The notes beneath the pieces were generated by a model. It was not told where the DNA came from. It did not search any database and saw only the letters and a list, made by a program, of their open reading frames with translations. From the NCBI RefSeq assembly GCF_036321535.1, contig NC_087436.1, positions 102,364,001 to 102,428,000 of the forward strand: a stretch of DNA of 64,000 bases, written 5' to 3'. The translations under genes were made by a program, and so were the position numbers. Positions 25,816-37,890 of this stretch are shown one piece after another; within the stretch, counting starts at the first letter, position 1; each line of letters starts with the position of its first letter. This DNA is from Camelus dromedarius. Lineage: Eukaryota.

Positions 25816-26166
25816 TGTCTTAGTCTATTCAGACTGCTAGAACAAAAATAACATAGATTGAGTAGTTTAAACATTTATTTCTTACAGTTCTGGAGACTGG
25901 GAAGTCCAAGATGAAGCCAGCAGCAGATTTGGTGTCTGATGCCTGCTTGCTTACTGGTTCATAGACAGCCATCTTCTTATTGTCTTCACATGGCAGAAGG
26001 GGCAAAGGCGCTGTCTGGGATCTCTTTTATAAGGGCACTACTCCCATTGTGAGTGTTCCACACTCATGACTTAATCACCTGCCCAAGCCCCCACCTCCTG
26101 GTATCCTTACCTTGGGGTTAGAATTTCAACACATGATTTTTTAGAAAGCACATTCAGTTCATTACA
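25816..26166 (-). mobile_element. MaLR solo LTR, MLT1A-like
   Basis: tgtcttagtctattcagactgcta...cagttctggagactgggaagtccaagat...ttttataagggcactactcccatt...cacattcagttcattaca. Confidence 0.88.
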
Positions 26167-27164
26167 GGCTTCAAGTCAAATTCATTTGGGTATGGAAACT
26201 GAAGTACACGTCATTATACTTCTCCATGAATGTCTACTGTGAACCAAAAACTATTCCAGATTCTGGTTATTCAATGGAGAATATGATAAACAAAATGATT
26301 GCCTTATGAAACTTAATTTCTACTTACAGAACAGATAACAGAGAAATGTATAATAAACACTATAACTTCAGAGAATAGTAAAGACTATGAAAAATAAAAC
26401 TAAAATTTATGGAATGGTTCTTTTTTGTCTTAGAATTAATAGGCTAAAATCACATAAAGTAACGATTTTAAATGAAATAATAGTATTTTTTGCAATTAAA
26501 AGAACATTATAAATGATTTGAATGTCTTTTTTTGACCTTTTTTAGATTATTTATCAGTGTGTCCTATCTCTGGTTATAGTAAAATTGACAAGTGAATACA
26601 TAAAAAAGAGAAAACATATTTAAAGATTATAAACTTAAAAATGTCTGTGGAATGAATATAGAAAAAAATCCTCAAAATTGCTTTCTATATGATTAGCTTG
26701 TAAATATTTTAAAATAGTACAACTGAACATTATGAATCACTAATATGCAAATATGCATATCATAATTTGGAGTGGATATAATTCAAATCACTCATTTTAT
26801 AGTTTGATTGATGTTTTAACATTTCTCTTTTTTTATTAGGCAAATAGTTTTATATTACTTTAAAGTCATCTTATATCTAATCCTCTTTTTGAATTTATTG
26901 TGAATTACTGCATCAATCATTTGACATCAAAAAATATATTGTGCTGTAACAATCTCATTTTAATAAAGACAAAATATATTCTATCTTTACAGGTTTTATA
27001 TGCAGCACTGCCTCATGCTTGTGGAAGATAAATGATACAGAGTCATGATATGTTGTAGCTGAATTTTTGCTGTGACTAAAATAAGATGTACAGCACACTG
27101 GTGCTATGGTATACACAACTCTTACATGGGAACTTGATGAGAGGACCAGTCCAGCTTATCATTT

Positions 27165-27384
27165 CTGAGTATGAGTTTTGGGTGAAAACTTTCTGAATTT
27201 GAATCCTGACCCTGCCATTTAATTCCTAAGTAAGCCTGAACAAATTCTTTGTACCTCAGCTTTCTCATGTATAAAGTGGATAAAATGTTAATATCTACTT
27301 CACAAGGTACTGAACAAGTTGATATTTCTAAGGCAGTTAGGATGGTATATGGTTTAGAGTAAATACTAGATAAGTCTTAGTGAT
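27165..27384 (+). mobile_element. MIR SINE, tail interrupted by the ERVL insertion
   Basis: tttgaatcctgaccctgccatt...tacctcagctttctcatgtataaagtgg...tctacttcacaagg. Confidence 0.7.
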
Positions 27385-28081
27385 TGTGATGGTTAACTTT
27401 ATGTGTTCAGTTGACTGGGCTGTAAGTACAGTTGAAGGAGATGTGTATAGGTGTCGATTTGACAAGAAGTGGACTTTAAATGGTTAATTTTGTCTACTTG
27501 ACAGGACAAAGGGATGCTCAGATAGCTGGTAAAACATGATGGGGATGTTTCTGGAAGATAGTAGCCTTCAAGACAGTAGACCTAGTAAAGAAGATCCACC
27601 CTCATCAACATGGATGGGCATCATCCCATCCATGCGGGTTCAAATAGAACAAAATGGCAGAGGAATGGCCAATTTTCTCTTTCTCTTCTTGAGTCAGGAA
27701 TCCATCTTCTCCTGTTCTTGGACATTTCAGCTCCTTCCTTCAAGCTCTGAGACTTAGCCCAGTGGCCTCTCTTCTCACCCCACCATCTATACCACTTTGG
27801 TCTTGGACTGGGACACCATTAGCTCCCCTGGTCCTTCAGCCTTTGTAGGACTTGACTGAATGACACCACCAGCTTTCTGGTGCTTGCAGCTTACAGACAG
27901 CATTTGATGGCACTTCTCAGCCTCTACAACCAGGTGAGACAATTTCTGTAATAACTCTCCTCTTAGATATCTATATCAAGAATATACATATATATATCTA
28001 TAGATGTATATATAAATATACACACACACACAAACATAATTCCTATTGGTTCTGTTTTTCTGGAGAACTCTGATTAATACA
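27385..28081 (+). mobile_element. ERVL provirus remnant: 5' LTR stub, 3' end of internal region, and a near-complete MLT2 LTR (27476-28081)
   Basis: tgtgatggttaactttatgtg at 27385; ggagatgtgtataggtgtcgatttgacaagaagtggact (ERVL internal end/PPT); second LTR start atggttaattttgtc; ends tcctattggttctgtttttctggagaactctgattaataca. Confidence 0.85.
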
Positions 28082-29833
28082 ACAATTATTATTCTTTAAT
28101 TCACTCCGAGTGTCTGAGCAATCTTCCAAGGGGAATTATACATAATATTTTGTCATGGTGATGATGCAGAGTTCTGTGTGTACTGGAGAATGACAGGAGA
28201 AGAAACAACCCTAGAGAAATATGCCATGGTCAGATCGAAGTTAATTAGAATAATTAAAAATTCAATGCTTGTGAACTGAATATGTGATATATATTTTACA
28301 ATTAAGTTACTATATAGAAAGGCAACTAGTGCTACTACTTACCTATAGGAAAGAAGAAAAATTAACATTTTATAAGAAAGAAATTAGAAAAAAAATAATT
28401 TGGCCACAATGTGAAGGTTAAAAGACTGAAGGATGGGAACTCAAAATAAGGTTATTAGAATCATCCAGGCAAACAAGAATATGAACAGGGCAAAAGACTG
28501 AAGTGTTAGAAGGATGGTAACAGAGGCATTTCAAAAGAGTGTGGCTAGGATATAGTATTTTATACTTTTTTGCATTGTCAGCGCTGAGCAGAGTGCATAA
28601 TAGATGTTCATTAAATTTCAGTTGTCATGATGCATTGTGAGCATTGACTATCAGAGATGAGAGGGGAAAAAGATTATAGATAGGTCTGCAGTATCTTCCT
28701 TGGTATCTAGGAGGCAAATGATGCCATTAACTTAGATTCTGAGCACAGGCAGAAGAAAAGCCTTTGCAAACGGAATAAGATGTGAGGCTATTGAATTTTA
28801 GGTAAGTCTGGAGCCATATAATTTGGCATATCGCATGTTATGCATTTACTGTAAGTAGCTCTCTTTAAGACGCTAATTTAATTTAATTTCCTTCCGTGAG
28901 CTAAATGAACTTAATTTAGCAATGTGCTGGTGTTATAAGTCCTCCAGAACTTTGCTCTTTTAATAGACAAAATGGAAATATTTATTAACTAATTTTAACT
29001 CAGTGGGTACCTACTTTAATGGAGTAGAATACAAAGCGCTGTAAAAACCCATTGTTCTTCGGATGGGAGAAGAAAGTTGGAGTACAAAAAAAGTCAAGAA
29101 GAAAATTTCTTTTTAGAACTATGCTTTCAAGAATGAACTGAGAAATACCAGATCAGAGGCGGTGGAGGGGAAGAAGACCAGATAGGCTTCAAGAAGGCTA
29201 AGTTTTAAGTGTAGGGTACACTAGGATTATAATGGGAACAGCAGAATTTTGTCTGCATTTATTTCTGTGGTGTGTTTTTCTTTCTTGCTTTCTCCTTAAA
29301 TTAAAAAAAAAAAAAGGAAGAATTTCACTTTGATCCACTGAAAGCTAGTTAATGATTATAATTTAGATTCTAGTGTAGGGCAATAGCTATTTATACAAAT
29401 TATTACCCTAAGCACCTGTTCCAATTTTTCACGTATTATGCTAACAGTGTTTTTTGTCTTAATTAAAAATGTTAATTAGTGGTGATATAAACAGCAAAAG
29501 AAAAGCTGGTAACATATGCACAAGAATTTTACAATATGTGCATAACTTTTTTCAAACTGATGAACTAAGCATGAAAGCAATCTAAAACACTTATGAACAG
29601 TTGCAAATTTTCAAATGAACCTGAGATTGTTCTCTGAGCATCAGACTAGGTTAACGTATGATTGTTCTCTGCTTTCACATATTTTGTTTCTAACCTAACT
29701 ATTGCACATTTATGAAACTTGAACACTGCTATCTTCATTTAGATGTTTACATTTGGATTCCTAAGATGATTTTCTAGCATGTTTTTGCATTTGGAATTTT
29801 GCTCATCTTATCAATTCATCCTCAAACCATTTC

Positions 29834-29879
<46 letters not shown>

Positions 29880-29880
29880 G
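29834..29880 (+). repeat. (TA)n(TG)n(TA)n microsatellite
   Basis: Seen directly in the sequence. Confidence 0.95.
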
Positions 29881-30214
29881 TATCTATGTATTTAATATGA
29901 CTTTCAATTGAACAAATTTGTCTTTTCTTTATTTCTTTTAGAGAGTTTGTACTCTAGAACACTTGTTAAAAGATTAATAATTAAAATAATGAATATGGTA
30001 ATTCAAAATTTAATGTTATCATTTCAGCTATCTTCTCCTTATCTCTTACAGGCATTTGAGGGAAAATAAAGAACTACAAAATCAATAAGCTCCAAGTACA
30101 TTAAATTAAATATATTAAATTAAATAAGGAAACTAATATACAAACCCTTTTTAAAACAAAAATAGCCTATCTTATTGGAGACAGTGAACAGTAATAGAAA
30201 GCACATTAGCACTT

Positions 30215-30550
30215 CATGCCTGCAATCTCTTGATCTTCCCGTGACTGGTTTTCTTCTTTCCCACCATTTTCCACTCAGACGTCACATTTGAACAGTCTTC
30301 TTAAAACCCAGTCCAAAAGGGTCTCCTCCTAGCTATGCACACATACACAAGCCTGGAGAGTACTTGCTATCACATCACTCTGTTTCATTTTCTTTGTAGC
30401 CCTTTTAATTCATGAAAGTATTGTATTTATGTGTTGACTGGTTTATTAAAATGGAGGATCTACAAGAGCATCAACCTTGTCTATTCTTTTCCTTCTATGT
30501 TTTCAGATCATAGAACAGTGCCTGGCCCTGACTGAATTACTTTGTTGAGC
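30215..30550 (+). mobile_element. LINE-2 (L2a-like) 3' end
   Basis: ctcagacgtcac, catcactctgtttcattttctttgtagc, tagaacagtgcctggc. Confidence 0.65.
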
Positions 30551-30949
30551 AGCAGAACTGTCAGTTAAGTATTGATGAAGAAACAGAAGTTGACTGATGG
30601 TGAAGTTGGATAGATTCATTTTGACTTTGTCTACCCACCCAGATTTAGACTGATCACAAATCAGCAAGAGAGCTCTACAATCCTAAAGTCCTTTACTCTT
30701 GACTGCAGTTTTTTTTCCCAATTATGTGTATTAAGACTTAATCCTCATATCATTCATATTATTGTTTAAAATAAAGTCGAGAGTGATGCCAACTCTTGGA
30801 TTCATGAGTCCAAAAAGTTTGAACAGGTATAATGAGGTACTGAAAATAACAGGATGGCATGAGATAGAAAAAGGGACTTAATTGGTTTTATCTTTGAAGC
30901 CCTAATGTATAAATTGCTCATTTCTTAGGCAAATAAATATATCCTTTCC

Positions 30950-31105
30950 AATTATGTATGTAATCTAAATTTCTATATATAATTTGAGTATATTAATTAT
31001 ATTTATATATATTATTTTTACTTTTTACATATATAATATTTTATAATATATTTTATATTTTATGTTATATAGAATTCAAATTTAAATATGTATATAATAT
31101 AACAT
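30950..31105. repeat. AT-rich low-complexity tract
   Basis: Almost pure A/T with TA runs. Confidence 0.8.
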
Positions 31106-31959
31106 TCTTTCATATACAAGGAAAGAAGGAGAGAGAAATAACATTTGATATGTAAATTTACTGTTTAGAAGACAGATGTGGTTGGATTGTGGGAAAATAG
31201 ATTCTGGCTCCTGTGAAAGTTAACACGGTACCTCTGATTAATTATATGAAATAAAAAACTTGAAAATATGGGAAGATATCTAGTTTTCCAATTTCTTCTG
31301 TCTTCTGACTCAAAAGTCATTTGTGTCAAACAAGTTTAGGAGAACACATTTTTTTTTAATTCATGCAATTTTTTTCAATAAGCGGAGTATTGTTCCCTTC
31401 CATATCTCATCTGATTACAAATCGAAACTGAAGGACACAGATCCTTTAGTTTTCCACATTTTGTGAGAAAATGATAAGAAAAAATACACGTATATATTGT
31501 GAGAGGTTGTTTATTGTTAGTGGTATAGGGCTTTCTGGGGCATGTGACCAACTTGTGAGGGAAGCTGGCAACAAGACTGATTTTTGAAAGCACAGCATAC
31601 TGGATATTGTATTTTCTATTTTTCACACTTTTGAGGGGTTACCAGATAACAAGGAAATAAAGATACAAGGAAGAAGAAATGATAGTAGGCAATTGGAACA
31701 TAAGCTGTGTACACCCTGGTTTATTCTAGCTAGAGGTATGGAAGTGTAATTAGAAATACAGACAAGAGAAGAAGGCAACTTGTATACTGACTCCAAAGGA
31801 GGGGTGTGGCCAGGGGGACATAACTACATGACACTTACAAAAGACATAGAACAAAACTTCCCACCAGAGAGGCATTTAAACTAAATTACAGGATGCAAGT
31901 TTCTACTTAGCAATTAAATATTATTGTATTATCTCTCTCATGCCTTGTTCTCTCTGCTG

Positions 31960-33200
31960 TTCAGGAAGCACTATATATCTATGATCTATCTACTATGCTG
32001 TGTATACATCTATGTCAAAACTTTCTTCTTTATAACACTCTATGGTGTCATCTGTCACATTTTATCTGTCCACTCTCCAAATGATGGACAGTCAGTTTGC
32101 TTCTGACTCCTTTTCCTGGCTCAGAACATTGCTGCAGTGAATAACCTTGCATGTCTCCATATGGAGTTTTTTAGAATGACTGCCAATCCCCACAATCTTA
32201 CCAGCAGTAAGACTCACATTTCTGCTAATACTTGACATTTTCCAGCTTTTTGATTATTGCCAGTCCAATAGGCAAAGCCATATCTTTTTGTTACTCTGGT
32301 TTTCTTTCTTCTGCTTACTAGTGATTGTGAACATTTATCATATCATCATTAACTCTGTCAGCTGCTTCTTCCGTAAACTGGGCTTTTATCTCTTTGAAAG
32401 ATTTTTCTATTTTTATTGAGCTTCTCATTGTTGATCTGCAGGTGTTCCCTGCCTATTCTGGATGTGAATCTGTTGTCATTTCTAAATATCTAGAGTATAT
32501 TTTCATAACTTTTACATATCTTTTAACTTCTGTCATGCTTCCATTCAGTGAACACAAAAATTTAAAAACGATGTAATCTATTAATCATTTTTTTTCACTT
32601 CATTTTTCTGTTTTTGAACTTTCTTTTGAAAACCTCTTGAGGGGCAGGATGTAGCTTAGTGGCAAAATGCATGCTTAGCATGTGTGAGGTTCTGAGTTCA
32701 ATCCCCAGTACCTCCGTTAAAATAAATAAATAAATAAATAAGCCAAATTACCTCCCTTCCACTCTTCAACCCCCCCCAAAAAAAGAATAAAGGGAGCATA
32801 TTTAAAAAAAAAAAAAAACACCTCTTCCCTACTCCAGGACAGAAAGGTATTTTTCCATGTTTATTAATTGTATATTATCTTTATTTGAACTAGAATCCAT
32901 TTTTATGTAGAAAGTACAATCCAATATTACTTAGAATCTTAGAAAATAGCTCAGTATTACTTTTCTCTGTATGCTATACAGTTTTTCTAACATCATATAC
33001 TAAACTTTCTGAAATTTCCTCAGTGTACAGTGTTCGTGCCCATTTTAGAATATCATACATTTCCACTGTGCCTCTGTCTACTCCTAGCTCTTCATTTTTT
33101 CCCAATAGTTTATTTCTCTCTTTTGTAGTTAATATAGTTTACTATTGTTGTTGTTGTTGTTCTTGCTAATATTGTGGCTCTGACTTTGAAGTTTGACAGT
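31960..33200 (-). mobile_element. old, decayed L1 (L1ME-like), host of a SINE insertion
   Basis: tttatctgtccactctccaaatgatggaca, gctgcagtgaataaccttgca, ctaatacttgacattttccagc, cttactagtgattgtgaacattt. Confidence 0.6.
32639..32819 (+). mobile_element. tRNA-derived SINE, camelid Vic-1 type
   Basis: A box tagcttagtgg, gcatgcttagcatg, B box gagttcaatcc, (TAAA)n, aattacctccc, poly(A); TSD acctctt at 32632-32638 and 32820-32826. Confidence 0.9.
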
Positions 33201-33540
33201 ATGTTTTTGCCTGTGTTTAACTAAAGGGCAGTTTTTATCTGGAGACTGCTCAGAACCGGTGGTTTACATTTGCAGAATTCAAGTGTTCTGTTTTAGATAG
33301 AGTTTTACTTATGTCATGTCTTACATCCTACTCTACTTTAATCTTCTTAAAGATGAAAGGTGAATATCCTCAATATTTGGTTTAATGACAAAGTAGCTCC
33401 TGTTTTCTTTCACTCTCCTGTTTCGTGAAATACATTATGTTGACCATCCTGTTTACAATGACTTGCGACTTCTCTACCAGGGAAGGGAAAGTTTTTCAGT
33501 CATTGGCATTTTATTAGTTTCCTTTACAAATAAGCAATAT

Positions 33541-34061
33541 CTTTGTATGGTGTAGATGGAAACTGGACTTATCATGGTCATCATTTTGTAATGTATAGAA
33601 ATATTGAATCTCTATGCTGTGTAACAGCAACAAACATAGTGCTGTAAGTCAATTATACTTCTAAAACAAACAAACTCATAGAAAAAGACATCAGATTTGT
33701 ATTTATGAGAGGCAGGGGTTGCGGGAGGGGAATTGGATGAACGAAGTTAAAAAATACCAGTTTCCAGTTATTGTATAAATTAGTACTAAGAATGTAATGT
33801 ACAACATGATAAATATAATTAACACTGCTGAATGATATATATGAAAGTTGTTAAGAAAGTGGATCCTGGGAGCTCTCATCACAAGGAAAAGAAATGTTTT
33901 TCTTTTTCTTTTATTTTGTATCTATACGAGATGATAAATGTTCATTAAATTTATTGTGGTAATCATTTCATGATGTATGTAAGTCAAATTACTATGCTAT
34001 GCAACTTAAACTTATACAGTGCTGTATGTCAATATCTCAACAAAACTAGAAGGAAAAAAAT
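33541..34061 (+). mobile_element. 5'-truncated L1 3' UTR with TSD
   Basis: L1 3' UTR motifs such as gtacaacatgataaatataattaacactgctg and aaacttatacagtgctgtatgtcaa; A tail; TSD aataagcaatat (33529-33540) / aataaacaatat (34062-34073). Confidence 0.85.
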
Positions 34062-36331
34062 AATAAACAATATGTGGCTCATAATTACTTCCTTGCCTAA
34101 TTTAACAGTTTTATACCATTTTATATACTTCCTCTCAGAGCACATTAAATTCCGTTAAATTAATACTCATGCTACTAGCAGTATGAGTCCTTCTGGGATC
34201 CTGGTGCCAATAATATACTGCTCTGGAATAGATTCAAGTCCTTGGCTACTTTGCTTGAAAATACTTTCTGAAATACCAAATCAATGCACTGGTAAAAAGT
34301 CTTGTTAAAAGTCAGTAAGTGGGCAGAAAAAAACTGCTTCTGAATATCAGAAGCTGAGTGAAAGTAAACTATGATCTCATGGCAGAGCAAGGCAGTGAAA
34401 TCTTAATGATGCAATCTCCATATTTTACAAGATATTCCTGATCACTTTACCATAATGTAGTGTCATGGCCATAGCCTTCAAAAGCGACTTCCCAGAATTG
34501 CTGTTATTAGGCTCACAAAAGTTGGCTGATGTCAGTAAGATGTAACAATCTTCAGCTTCTCTAAATATACGAATGTGGAGGAATTATGTCATAGAATGAG
34601 CCCAATAAACTTAACCGAAGTAAATAAATATCCATCAGGTTTACCCATTGAAATAGCCAGGTGAAATTAAAATAGTGTATATTAACTATCACTTTGGACA
34701 ATCATGGGGAGGGTGTAACTCTGAATAGTATTTTGAAAAATGAACTTAGTATTTCTATGTTCAAGAATATACATTCTATTATGGAATATGAGGCATATTT
34801 TTAAACAATTATGATATCAGATAGATAACTATAGATGATTTAAAAGCACTTCCAGAGCTGTAGGAAATCAAGGTTGTCCCTGAAGGTCCTTGAGATTATC
34901 CTTTAGCTACTTAAGAACCAGTAACTTGTAAAACACTTATGATACAGAGACAGCTCTGCCAAATGGATTTGTTCTGTAGTGTAAAGGAATTGCTGGGAAA
35001 TGCCTGTTTAGCCAGAGGCTGCATTTGTAAACCTCCCTGCACCAAATGGGACAGTCTTTGTGAATTTTGGCCAATGTATTGTGGGATAATTAATGTCTAG
35101 TTCAAGGCATTACTTACAAAACCCCGTTAAACCCCTGCATGAGCCTCTACTATCTCACTCTTACCTGCCGTTGACCAAATGTTAATGCTGAGGATCTCCT
35201 TAGGTATCACACTTTCGAGATGGCAGAGATGTCGTCCCACCAAGTTCCTGAGTGACAGTAAGAAGCAGTTTATTATGGTTTAAACTTAAAAAGTACTGAT
35301 TATAATTAAGATTAAGGTTAAAATAAGTTGTCAAGTAATTCTACCTGTTTATACATGTGCATATATATTCATATCACAAACATGAATGGACATATATGTA
35401 TATGTGTATATACAAAAGATCTGATCTCTTTTTCAACTTGCCCCAAAATAACATTTTTGTGAAGAGCTCTTAAGTTTAAATTTCCTCACAAATCTTTACT
35501 ATACCTTGGAATGAGAACTCTTTCCCACTTGCTTTTATCTTCGTCTTGTTCTCATCTGCCCATCCATCCCCTTACCACACATCTTGCTAACCTGGAGAAT
35601 TTGAGCTACTTCAGAACAAAAACCTTTTTAAGTATCTCTTTATCCTCAATGATTAGCATAATATTTGGTCCCCAGTAGCTTAATAAATGTTTTGATCATG
35701 AATGAACTGTGAGAGCAGATGAAAAAGTCAATCATGAATTTACTTGTTAGCTTTCCAGTTGTTTCCACGTATCTCTGTATGTTTCTTGACATTTTCTGCG
35801 CACTGGGATTACAGATATCTTCCAGAAGGGTTACTTACACTGTTCTTCACATTGTCAGAAGGAAGGCATGCCTCAAAGTGCAAACTCTTTAAGGAGACCC
35901 AATAAATGCATTCCTCTCTTTGACTATTTTCATGGTCCCTTGCTATCTAAGAATCATATTTCTGCTTCTAACACTCTTAAAAGTAAAAAGAAGTTTCTCT
36001 TAGGGGTGTAGGCAGTCCAATAAACTTGGCTTACAGTGTAGAGATACGGAAAAGGTACTAGTGTTCCCCAATTTTTGGACTTGTTGAAAGAAGAAACACA
36101 ACTATTGTTTCTGCTTACATTCAGTTATGTATAGTCAATCTTACACATTATTGCTGCTTCTCAACTGGTAACACTTCCTAAGAACACTAAATCATAATAC
36201 CACCCTTACAATATGCTGCGACATTTTCAAATCAGGACAAGTTACTTTATAGGGCATTAGTATAAATGTCTATGATATAATTATGTAGGTGGATTACACA
36301 AATAATAAAATCTCAATGGACCACTTCAGAC

Positions 36332-36545
36332 CAGGAATTAGCAAACCTTTACTGCAAAGGACAAGAAAGAAAATATTTTAGACTTCATAGAGCATAATGT
36401 CCCTGTCACAACTACTCAACAATGTCATTGTAGTTCAAAAGTAGCCAGAGAAATGAACAGATTTGGTGATGTTTCAATGAAATTCTACTTATAAAAATAG
36501 GCAATACACTGGATTTGACTCCTTGCCATAATTTGCCAATCTCTG
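36332..36545 (+). mobile_element. MER58A-like non-autonomous hAT-Charlie DNA transposon
   Basis: Imperfect TIRs caggaattagcaaac / atttgccaatctctg; internal caactactcaac...cattgtag; 8-bp TSD cttcagac / ctctagac, matching the NTCTAGAN target. Confidence 0.85.
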
Positions 36546-37754
36546 CTCTAGACCATCTTTTAATTGGATACAATTTATAAGATTCTAATATCTTAGGTTT
36601 AATTTGTAGAACTAAGTTTTGCTGTATTAGTGGTTTAAAGAAAACATGTATCGTGCACAAGATGTTCTGACAAGTAGAAAAGCAAATGAAGAGAAATCTG
36701 TAGGATTATTAGTCTATCAAGACCATAGGAGTGAGCTGATCAAATAACACATATGACATCCTATAAGATGAAGTATACAGTCCAGTTGAGAATACGTTGC
36801 TCCAGCCTCAATTCTGTTTGTCCTGATCACACACTGTTTGTCCTGATTTTACATGTGTTAATGCTATTAAAGTGAGAAAAGCTTCAGGCAAATGAATTAA
36901 GCATTCATTAAAGACAGAAAAATGCATGGTATGACAAACTCTCCCTGGGGGAAGCTTTGTGGGTTTATTTGAAGAGTTTACTGGGGTGGGGAAAGCATAA
37001 TGTCATCAAAAGATACCAAGTTGTGTGTAAAAGACATTGAACTTAACCTGTGGGTTTATGAGCCTCTTCCGCAGACCGGCTGGGTCCTCTGCTGCAGCTA
37101 TCCCCGTACAGCCAGTTTAAGCCAGGTATCAGAGCCTTCACTTCGTCTCAGCTGTTCAACATGGTAACACTGCTGAACGAGAGAAGTCCCTAGGAATGGC
37201 TCATTCTCTCGGTTTGGTGGCTTTGGAAAATTAGCTTGAGATATTAGTAATAGTGGAAGCTTGCTGCTTTGTTGTTCGTCCTGTCCATTCCTGCTACCAG
37301 GGAAGGTCACGTCATCCCAATAAATACAAGGCAGATTGAATAGAAAATTAACAGTAAATAATTAGGTTAACATTTACAGTTTTAAATCTCTCCTTGTCAT
37401 CCAGTTACTCTGCATTAATCTGAGATAGAAAGTCACTAGGATAAAAACCCAAACACAGTAAATTGCTGAAGGGGTTAGGTTTTTGATTAATGGCAAAATA
37501 TATGTGATTCAGAAGAGAGCCTTCTTAATATATGTCATCTCATGTGCCCACGCTACCTCTTCTTCTTTCAAAAGCTCTTGCCTGCTAAGCTTTGCTTTTA
37601 TATAGTGATGATTGAATAAAGATTCATTTCAGGTCAGACAGAGTTCCTCCTTGATAACCTATCAAGGCATATATAACATTATTTCCCACAGAAATAATAT
37701 AATCATTTCTCCTCTCAAAACTCCATGTTGTACCAAAATCTTATTCAAGAAGTG

Positions 37755-37890
37755 GCAGACCACAGCGGAAAGAGTACTGCACTGAGAATCATAAAAATGT
37801 CTTATCCCCTGTCTCTCCCTCTTACCGTGGAATCTTGTGAAAATCCAATCACTCTTCGGGACTCAAATCTCCCATTGGCTGATTAAGTCA
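37755..37890 (+). mobile_element. MIR fragment
   Basis: cagcggaaagagtactgcactgagaatca...ctcttcgggactcaaatctcccat. Confidence 0.5.

Noticed and set aside
32641..32715. tRNA-like sequence as a tRNA gene (also about 52970-53043)
   Set aside because: Followed by a SINE body and tail and bounded by TSDs; these are SINE heads.
34336..34354. Perfect 8-bp inverted repeat gcttctga-ata-tcagaagc
   Set aside because: Short enough to occur by chance, with no supporting context.
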